Positions 51,475-61,765 of a DNA stretch of 64,000 nt are shown piece by piece. The position numbers and the translations under genes were made by a program. A model generated the notes under the pieces. That model did no database searches. It saw nothing but the letters and a program-made list of their open reading frames with translations, and was not told where the DNA came from. The stretch comes from Leptogorgia sarmentosa (lineage: Eukaryota): the NCBI GenBank assembly GCA_964658305.1, contig OZ210884.1, positions 5,766,001-5,830,000 on the forward strand, given 5' to 3'. The number at the start of each line of letters is the position of its first letter. Position 1 is the first letter of the stretch.

Positions 51475-54426
51475 CCATCCCTGTTGTTTCTGGATGTACA
51501 CAATCACCAGGTAAGTTTCCATGTTAAAAGAGAAAATAAAAACTTCAACACGAAAAACAATTCATGAATGATCTTGCTTGTAGCAATCGAGTTACATGAC
51601 AGACTTATTTGAATAATTTCATGCATACTGTACCAAATCATATCCTTTGTGACTTAATCAAAGTAAATAAAATTGGTAGCTAATAACTTGGATTAAAAAT
51701 GTTTGAAATCATCTCAGACTGTGACGTGATCTCAAGGTCTGGATTAAAAACACCTTTCCAGACGCACCACTACACTACATGCTACATAGTTTTATAATGA
51801 TGGAAATTTAAACCACCTTGTCACAATCCTTAGACCCCTGGATCAGGACATAATAACATTATGGCATTAAAAGCCCGTTTTCGAATTCCACTACACTATT
51901 TCGTCGTCACCGGCGAAAAAAATTGACAGAAAAATCATTTTTTATTTTCATGTGCTAGTGAAAGAAATGTTCTACATCATTTTCTAGCTGTTGAAATAAT
52001 CTTTCAACTTTTGTCTGAACTTCCGCGAACAGCGCCAACCAACAGCGAATTGAATTTTTCGGTGGCGAAAATTTTCGCCAGCGGCGGCGAAATGCGTGAA
52101 TGGGAAATGGGCTCAAAGTTGTGTCTCTTGATGATATAGTTCACACAAATCTACAGTCCTGTTAGAATTCATTCTTTGAAATTCTTTCTCCTTTCAGAAA
52201 TAAATATGACAGTGCTGCCAACTCCAGATATAGTCCCTTTGAGCTCCATCACCGTCGTTTGCGATGCTAGCAAGCTGCAGGAACCTGTTAGAATCAACAT
52301 CTATTTGGGTGAATTCCTTGTGGAGGATTGCAGCCCCGGTGCTTCTGAATGTGTTTATATTTTGGAGACTTTTTTCCCTTTTTTGTCAACAACATTTATC
52401 TGTACTGCTACAAGTGATGACGGGGATTGTCGTTTTAATTTTGCAACCAGTGAACTTGTGGAGCTGATAGGTTAGTTACGTTAAATTCTAGATAGTGCAT
52501 GAATATAATAAAAGTTTAAATTAATAATAATATAAATATACAAGTTTGGTGTTAATTTCTTCCAAGTAATTTCTTGAACCTCCCGGCTATAAAAACATCG
52601 TCAAAACATAATTAAAACGTTTTGTTTGCAATCGAGAAAAATTCAAATAAGAGATTAATACTCGGAACTTTTTGTACATCTTGTAAAGAATTTGTATTTT
52701 ATACGTTTCAATAACGAATGATTATTTGGCACTATATTCATCAGTTCAACTCATTTATTAATTGTATTATTTGATTTTATTGTTTTGAATTCTGACTGTT
52801 GAATAAACATTTTTATCTTGAAATTTGTAGATGAATGTGCCAATAACACTAAGAATAATTGTGATGAAAATGCTACTTGCACAGACACCGATAGATCATT
52901 CACATGTGCCTGTAACGAAGGTTGGACAGGCGATGGAGTGAATTGCACTGGTATACACACTTAAATCTTCTCAATGCATGATGTAATGCAGAATGAGGTC
53001 GTTTTCTCCATTTCTTTTTCTACAGGCCAGAAAACGTGTACCTTAAATCTTTTTTTTAACGCCGTATTGCTTTTGAACTTAAAAACTGCTCAGTGATCCA
53101 ACAGGATCTTCAAACCAGATAACACATTTTTTCGATGATCATGCAAGTGTGAACTATTATACATATTGAACGAAATACCATAGTCGATGCAGCAACCGTT
53201 CTAATTATTGATAATACACTGATTAATTAGTTCCAATACAGAGTGTGCAGTATGAAAACACGAGTTGAGGAGAATTCTTTTTAAAGTTGGTTTTGTATTC
53301 ATTTTTAGCGAAAAATTCATTCGATTTTATAATTGATCTTACAGATATTGATGAATGTGCTCCGCAAGGAAGCAACGACTGCCACTCAAACTCTTCCTGT
53401 AATAATACAGACGGATCATTTGCTTGTTCGTGTAATTCTGGCTTTAATGGAAACGGAAATTTTTGTGAAGGTTTGTTCAATTTGTGTATGCCTTCCACTT
53501 TATATCTTTACATTACCAAATCTGCAGGAAAGATACCCCGAAAAACCTTAACATTCACATCACTTGATGCAGTTTTCTACACAATCAAAGACAGAGATAG
53601 GAGACTTTTCTTTAAATGATTTTTAGGAATCGAGAAAAAATGATTAAACAATGTGCTCTCTTTTATTACGTACTTTAGTTGAAAAAAAATGACTCGTAGA
53701 TCATTCTGGTAATTCTAGTTTCTCTGGAAATGCAAAAAAATAAGTATATGGAAAACCTGCGGGAATGACATTGGAAATATAAAAAAAACCTATTGAATGC
53801 AGTCCTTTTGCCGGCCTTGTTAAGTTTCGAGAGACTAGCATAAATTCGTAATAACTCTTAAGAGTTTTTTGTTGTCACCCGTCATTGTGCCTTTTACGGC
53901 AGTAACATAAACCTAGCAAACTGTTCTCAACCAAAACAAGAATCTAGGATTTCAATTAATTCCAAACTGACTTGGTGTTTAGATATAAACGAATGTAGTA
54001 TTGGAAGCAACAATTGCCATCAAAACTCGACGTGCCAAAATAATGTTGGATCATTCAGTTGTACATGCAATACTGGATTCACCGGAAACGGAACCTTTTG
54101 TTCAGGTTTGTTGAAGTTTATAATTCACATAGCAGCGTTGGTTCAACACAGAACCAATGAATTGACAACGTCATCTCAACGTATTTTCAAACGTCGGGAG
54201 ATGAAGACTAATGTCTATCAATTTTGCACTTTTAAACCATTGTGTCGTTGTTGAACTGATTTTTTTACTCACATTTTGGCTAACAAAATATTTCGGCTAA
54301 CAAACTATATTTTTTCAATTAGATATTAAATGTTTCATTTCAGGCGCAGAAATCATTCTGACATCATTTGGATTTGGTACCTTGATACTTTTAACTCAGC
54401 TGACCGCACTTGTAATGTATAACTGA
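51475..54426 (+). CDS. Cluster gene D (5'-truncated; probably the 3' half of a C-D fusion): Ig-like head + 3 EGF + GPI signal
   Basis: Signal-exon remnant ...FLNTVFLIILAIPVVSGCTQSP (donor after 51510, no in-frame ATG, TGA upstream), head 52198-52470, EGF 52831-52950, 53345-53470 and 53983-54105, terminal exon 54344-54426 (GAEIILTSFGFGTLILLTQLTALVMYN*). Confidence 0.8.
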
Positions 54427-56626
54427 AAACGTGCTGGTTTGATTTCCTAGAAAAGACCAAAAGGGTCGGAAGAAATAGGATTTTTTCAATTCGGTGAAAT
54501 ATTTCCAAACTGCGAACACACGCGAGAGCTGCTATATATATACAGGTCATCTACGGGATTCAAGTAAACACAGAATAATTACGTAATTAGCTGATTAACG
54601 TTGTATGAGATATTGAATAATTTTATAGCCACTGAGATTTCCACCAAATCTTGTAAGCCAATTGCCAACCTAAATAATGTAAAACTTGATAAAGTATACT
54701 ACAGTAACTCTAGTAGCAGGGTATACATATACACTAGCATTTATATATTATTATTTAGAGAATAAATAACTATTTTAATGTCACGAGTGTTTCGTGGATT
54801 TACTATATTAATTTCTTATTCTATCGTTTTGAATCCCGATAGTATCTGAGCAAAACTTTTGCCGCAGGTCGAAAATAAATCATCCATACTTGTTGAATGA
54901 GCGCTATTATAATAAAATATTACCATGGATGGATAAATTATTTTCCATTATCATAGATCCGAAGCATGTCCAAACGCTTTAAGGCTTTCAACTTTGTATC
55001 CGACTACGAAATACTGGTTTAGCGCGAACTAACAACTTTTATCATCACTATAATTTGCATAACATATCAGTAAAACATAAGCTATGATTATGACAAAAGT
55101 TGAATGATCATGAATTTGAAGTGAGCGAAATTAGTCCGGCTGTTTACGAGCAGTATATGACCTCACCGTCACAAAAAAAAACTTTGTATTGATTTCTACG
55201 CACATAAAATGTGCTACCAATTCACCTTTTCGGAAACTGTAAAGTCAGTAACTCGAAAGCGAGGCTGAATCGTTAATTGAGAAAGTGGCAGACAATGTAA
55301 AATTTGTCAAATTTTATAAGATATTGTGCCGTTGCTAACTGCATCAATAGAGTAATTCTTACTGTACTCATAAGGCATGGAGATCTAACCTCGCTTTTGT
55401 ATGCTTATATGGAAGGGTTTATTTTACTAATCCGTGCTCCCAACTTCCTTCGCACTATCGCATAAAAACGCATTTAATTAAACTTGTTCAATGTGCGTTC
55501 TTGCACTTTAGAGCCACTTTATTTTGCCTAGAAATACTTAGACACAATTAAACACTTTTAGCGGAAATTTCGCGATGTTATTTTTGGAACTCTTCTGAAT
55601 ATTACCTCGCAACCAGACAAACAACACTAACTAATAATTTGGCATCAACAAAATTCTTTCTAATTCTCACGCCTATGACCCCTGGCGGCATTCCGCAGAA
55701 GGCAAAGGAAACTCTACTATGGTCCTTTAACTCATACAAAATAAATTTATATAATAACCGGAAGTACAGTACTGTGCAAAAGTTATAGGCACTTCGTGAA
55801 AAAGCATTTGATGCCATCTTATTGTAAACTTATAATCGTATAAGTTTACAATAAGATGGCGTCAAATGCTTTTTTACGAGGTGCCGATAACTTTTGCACA
55901 GTATACTGAGTAACAGTAAGTGAAAAAGACTCCGCGCGCGTGATTGGCTAACAGCCGTGTTAATATAATGTTTCTCAAATGGGTGTGCTGAAAAGTTTCA
56001 CTGATTTCCGCTCCGACACAGAGGAGGCCCCAGAATTTTGATAACGTAAAGAATAACACATTTACATTATAACAGTAACATGAAGTACGAACTACGAAGG
56101 CTTTGTCGGCTCGAAACCGGAATTCAAACCTCTGCTCAATCTGGGCCGCCAACACCCGGTTAGTAGCTTTAATATTATCATAAAACCTGCCTGAAATGCA
56201 GAAAATAGCGTTTGAGAGATCCTAGAAATAAATATTTTCTCGGTGCATGGAGCATGCCCCCGAACCCCCCTAGGGCCTAGAGATCTCGCGCCTTTGGCTC
56301 TCGCAATGCCCCCTCCCCCCCCCCCGCTCTCTGCAGAACCTGGCGACACCACTGAACAAGACTGACCATCCTTCACAGTTTTCACAGAGCAGAATATTAT
56401 TGGCAAATTCTCAAAATATCTAGCTGAGTAAATTGCAATTCTCTCTTCAAGTTATGAATATGTAGGCAAAAGAGCGACTGTTTTATTGTTCTAAATTAAT
56501 CTTGATTAATCCATGGCATGCTATCAGGCTATATAACATTTTAATTACCAACAAACACTTCAGATATTGTGTGGCATCTTAGTTAGCTATTATCTTCTCA
56601 ACATTGATATTGACTTTTTTAATCTC
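53568..56626 (+). repeat. Segmental duplication, copy 1 (3' end and downstream flank of gene D)
   Basis: Colinear and highly similar to 59224-64000, from tgcagttttctacacaatc through the last EGF exon, GPI exon and flank to ...attgacttt.ttaatctc, apart from indels. Confidence 0.88.
55799..55874. repeat. 76-bp near-perfect palindrome
   Basis: aaaaagcatttgatgccatcttattgtaaacttata-atcg-tataagtttacaataagatggcgtcaaatgcttttt; one mismatch. Confidence 0.9.
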
Positions 56627-57867
56627 AAGTACTATTATAATATCGAAGTGATGACATCGAAGCAATCTAATCTACGGCTAATCACTCAAAAATCATTAAA
56701 TCTGGGATTGCAATCAACAAGTCATTGCTTTGTGTTTTATAAAACCCTAGTTTACGCATAGCAATGTATTATTCTGCATGATATAAATATATCAAAGCAC
56801 CACACGGTATTTCAGAAACACAATCTCCAAAATTAGCTTAATTCAACTAGTTGATTATCAACTATATCACCATGCATATATAATAAGACATTTTTCCAGC
56901 TGACTTAATATCTTCCACAATCATATAATACATTCTTGTAGCCAAACAATTTGGGAAAATCAATAGTTAGTGCTATTTTGTCAATAATAATCATTGCATG
57001 ATACTCTATGATACTCTGTGGCTAATCCAAATGATTATATATAAAAAAAAACAGAACAATGATTTTATAGAATGATTTGCATCACGCCTTAATCAGCCAC
57101 TTCATCAATAGTGCTATATAACTGCGTAATTAACCAAATTCGGTTCTGCATAATACTGTAAAAACATATCATTCCAATACAAACAGTGTGACCCACTCAC
57201 GTTTGCGGTAGGTTTGTCTTCCAGAACGATGCCAAGATATTGGCCTGAATGTTTGATATGCCTTGAAATAGGCGCTCATCTTCTGAGGTTTCTCACAATC
57301 GTGCTGGAAATTCGTATACCACCAAGCAATAACCATCCAAGTTATCAATTTTCTCATTGAATTTGGCTTGACGAAGGGACAAATTTGCCGGTGGGAACCC
57401 TGCCCGGAGATTAAAGCGCAACGCAAACACAGATACTTGGAGTAGAAAGGGAGTGGGAAAAGTATTTAAGCCAGTGTAAGCCTTCAGTGATGAAACATGT
57501 CAAACTGATCGAATGTCTTATTTCTCATAAATTTCATTTTTCAGGGTTTTTTTAAATAATATTTATTGTAGCACTCTCATGTGAATATTACTTTAATGAG
57601 TATAATTTTATTGGACGTTTCACTGTGGTAAACCTTGAAGCGTAGTGTACCATAACTGCAAAGAAGAACTTTTCCATAATTAAAAGAAATCATCCTTCAA
57701 CGGAAGGATGACAAGCTGCATGACTTTCATGCAGATGTACGTCTCTACTGTATGCGATCTTTGTAGATGAAATTGTATTTCAGAAATTCTTTTCCATTCC
57801 AATTGACTATCGATTGATACTTGATTAGAATTTTTTAAAATCATTCAGGAACACTCTGGTTGCAAAG

Positions 57868-60820
57868 ATGGAATCTGCTATCTTTGGAATGATTCTTTTC
57901 AGCGTTTGTTTTCTCACAACTTCCGCTGACCCTATTGTTCCAGACCAGGTAGGATGCGCAGAAGGCGAACCTTTACTTGGTAAGTTTACAAATTTGAAGA
58001 GAAAGAATAAAACATTAAGAGTAGAGGCAAACTTTGCATATAAATTTTCGTTCAAATGTAATAGGAGAGCTGTTCAGTGTTGAAATGATCATCGACTGAT
58101 CCCCTTATTTGACTCGGCTGAAGTTGGTTTGACTGATTGGTTGTTTGTATAGGTACATATCCCCTAAAACTAAAACATCAGTTTCCAAAAAATCACTCCG
58201 GACGCGCTCAGGTAGCAGAAATAAAAGTATATAAAAATCCAGGCTTTACTACTCACTTCAACCAACACGCCTTCACCAACTTATCATCAACCATACCCAC
58301 TTGAAGCTCATGCATAGTTTTTTTACACGAACTGAATTTCCGCGAAATGTTAACCCTGGCGATATATTATGCATGCAGCGCCTGTTTTAGTTAGGAAAAA
58401 TGCAGCTGCGATGAAACGATCATATATAACGACAATTGCTGGAATAGCCTGTTAATTAAAACTGTTTTCCTTTCCAGGTGAATTACAGCCAGATGTAAAC
58501 CTAACAGTGTTACCAGGCCTAACTTTTCCTCCGTTGAGCAATATCACCGTTACCTGTAATGGAGATTTTCCACGATTTCCGAACACGACAAACTCAACCC
58601 TCATCTTCAGACCTTATAACATCAAGATTTATGTCGGTGTTTTCGTAGCGAAGGTGTGCTCAGACAGTCTACAATGCGTTTATATGCTCAGCACATTCTT
58701 CCCCGGTCTACCGCGGGTTATTAGCTGTACTGCCAGAAGCGTTAATAATGCCTGTCGTTTCAAGGTTGCAAATATAACACTAATGGCAGGTTGGTGTTTG
58801 CGTTGAATAATTTTATAAACTGTTTGTCTTGTTTTTGTAATAAATGCTACATCGTAGGTTCCGTGTTATTATGAAACTGTGAAAATATGCAAGTGATCTG
58901 AAAAGCAGTATTATACATTTTCAAACATTAAACCTGCATGCCGTTCGCAGTTCGGCCGTATATCAGTCAAATTTAAATTTTTTAATTGAATTGCCTTTTT
59001 GTTTTCTTTTGTTTTCACTGGTTACTTGTATAGATGGATTTTACTATTTTATACTTTCTATAATTGCACATATGTCTATATGTCCTGATAATAATGTTAT
59101 ATCTACAAAATTTGTAGGTTTCAACTAAAATTTGTAGCACGTTGGCATGTAGCTACATTAATGTTGCGCTAATTCACAAACTGCATGTTCGATCTTTAAT
59201 AGCAACCAATTCATATAACTTAATGCAGTTTTCTACACAATCAGTCAAAGACAGATAAATATATATATAGGTAGTAGACTTCCATCATTGTTACCAAATT
59301 TAGAGTCGGTAATAATTAACAATTAGATTACGAGCTCGAGATTTCTATGAGGTGATAGTTGATGAGGGCGAAGCCCGAATCAACTATCATCTCGTAGAAA
59401 TCGAGAGCGAGTAATAAAATTGTTTTAGTAGAATCAGAGATCAAACATGAAAATATTGCAAAAAATAATTTAAAACCGCGTCTCAGAAGACATTTTCTTG
59501 AACGAAAATTCACATGTTTTGCTACTCGCTATCTATCGAGGAATAGATAGCGAGTAGAGTAGCCAATCAAATTGCAGCATTTGCAATAGTATACGAGTAT
59601 GATTCTACTAATTGGAAATAGAAAAAAAACCTATTGAATGCAGCCCTCTTGCCTTGTTAAGTTTCGAGAGACTAGCATAAATACGTGATAACTCTTGAGA
59701 GTTTTTTGTTGTCACTCGTCATTGTGCCTTTTACGAAAAAACAAGAATCCATGATTTCAATTAATCCCAACCTGACTTTGGTGTTTAGATGTAAACGAAT
59801 GTGATAATGGAAGAAACAATTGCCATCAAAACTCGACGTGTCAAAATACTGTTGGATCATTCAATTGTACATGCAATACTGGATTCACCGGAAACGGAAC
59901 CTTTTGTTCAGGTTTGTTTAATTAAATTTATAAAAAAAAATTCAAATGGCACCGTTGGTTCAACACATCTCAACGTATTTTCCAATGTCGGGAGATCAAG
60001 AAAAACGTCTACCAATTTTGCATTTTTAAACCATTCTGTCGTCGTTGAAGTGCATAATTTTTTAGTCATATTTTGGCTGACAAATAGGTGTGGACCTATT
60101 TTCTGTCCCACATAAACTTTTACTGATTTGAAACATGCTGAAGAGCGATTTATTAATTGAGATTGTCCTGTAGTTTATTTTGTTATAGCGAACATATATA
60201 GTTCTAACTGTTAGCTACAAGTCTACAACCGCAGATAGTTAATGAAATAATTTGCACTTCTCTTATCTAATTAGCTTGCAGTCTTGTATAATTAAATTTA
60301 TACCACAACGTCCAGCTCAGCTAAATTCAAGTCTTTTGAACAGCTAGCTGAAATTTACACGTATCGTACACCAACTCGAGCACGCGTTTCCCGTGATTGG
60401 ACCAAATACATGATCGAAGACGAAGAATAAGTAAACGATGAATAGAAAAATGAGATTAATGTAACAAAAAATGCAGCAGTCGGGTTGCTTTGTTAGTGCA
60501 GCCTGAGATATTGCCAGCGTTTTAATCAACTGAGGTATTGACTTGCTGCTCGAAATGAATATCCCAATTTTAAGATCTTATTTTTCACTATAGGGACGGT
60601 TCAACTGGACTCCCTTCCAACTCTCTTCTTTCAGGGGCCACTTTGAATAAACAACAACTTGCAATATACAATTTAGCGCAGATTATTTCTACTTAATATA
60701 TTTCTTTGATAATTATATTTTAAATCTTTCATTTCAGGCGCAGAAATCATTCTGACATCATTTGGATTTGGTACCTTGATACTTTTAACTCAGCTGACCG
60801 CACTTGTAATGTATAATTGA
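57868..60820 (+). CDS. Cluster gene E: signal peptide + Ig-like head + 1 EGF + GPI signal, 209 aa
   Basis: Exons 57868-57979 (MESAIFGMILFSVCFLTTSADPIVPDQVGCAEGEPLL), 58478-58789, 59789-59911 and 60738-60820; all phase 1; 630 nt, open. Confidence 0.87.
59311..59611. mobile_element. Hairpin-ended non-autonomous element in gene E intron
   Basis: Hairpin ~59318-59424 centred on gggcgaagccc; terminal gattctactaa inverted to internal ttagtagaatc; not present in the paralogous gene D intron. Confidence 0.72.
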
Positions 60821-61325
60821 AAACGTGCTGGTTTGATTTCCTAGAAAAGACCAAAGGGTCGGAAGGAATAGGATTTTTTCAATTCGGTGAAATATTTCTG
60901 AACTGCGAATACACGTGAGAGCTGCATGCTATAGCTATATAGGTCATCTACGGGATAAAATATTAATTCAAGTAAACACAGAATAATACGTAATTAGCTG
61001 ATTAAGGTTGAATGAGATATAATTGAATAATTTTATAGCCACTGAGATTTCACCCATTTTTGTTAGCCAATTGGCAGCCTAAATAATGTAAAACTTGATT
61101 ATACTAGAGTAACTCTAGTAGTAGGGTATACATATACACTGTATTTAACACTAGCATTTATATATTATTAGAATAAATAGCTATTTTAAAATGTCACGAG
61201 TGTTTCGTGGATTTACTGTATTAATTTCTTATTCAATCGTTTTGAATCCCGAGCACGTAACTGAGCAAAACTTTTGCCGCAGATCGAAATCATCCATAGC
61301 TACCTGTTGAATGAGCGCTATTATA

Positions 61326-61765
61326 TAACACTTGGTTAAATTAACGCGATTTAATTGGTTATTTACGATCACGTGATATAAAATAGAAATTCCATTTTCA
61401 TGATCGTGCAATGGAACCGTGCAAATATTTCTTTCCATTACACGGTGGTTTTAATTATTTTCAATCACTCAAAATGTTATTATCGCACGCATTTAATGGC
61501 GAATCCATGAACGTGGCGAGACCATGTGAGCGATGGAATTTTATTTAGCAAACTAACGAAACAAAATGGCGGGTATTTCAAATACCAAATTTAACAAAGT
61601 GTCATATAAAACAAATAATGAATGTTTATTTCGTGCAATGGAAAGAATATTTTCATTCGGTGAAAGATGGAATGCTTCGCCTCGTTGAATAGAACATTCC
61701 ATCTTTCACCTCATGAAAATATTCTTAGGCTACCATTGCACTCATAAACATTCATTATTTGTATA
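61326..61765. mobile_element. Hairpin-ended non-autonomous element (reverse orientation)
   Basis: Insertion relative to empty site gagcgctattataataaaatattaccatgg (~54899); hairpin ~61611-61762 centred on cttcgcc. Confidence 0.75.

Noticed and set aside
51194..51478. 94-aa minus-strand ORF in the GC-richer segment at the C/D junction
   Set aside because: It starts within the antisense of the signal-exon remnant and has no recognisable domain; more likely inserted foreign or TE DNA.
43847..53498. Minus-strand and off-frame ORFs over the EGF exons (e.g. 43847-44035, 46384-46638, 53223-53498)
   Set aside because: Antisense or alternate-frame shadows of the plus-strand EGF exons.
53695..53735. 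EGF-like nucleotide fragment (gatcatt...gtaattct...tctggaaatg)
   Set aside because: Truncated and lacks splice sites and Cys pattern; at most a decayed exon.
60594..60646. Possible alternative terminal exon for gene E (GTVQLDSLPTLFFQGPL*), giving a secreted form
   Set aside because: Only an acceptor-like site supports it; no counterpart in gene D and no transcript evidence.
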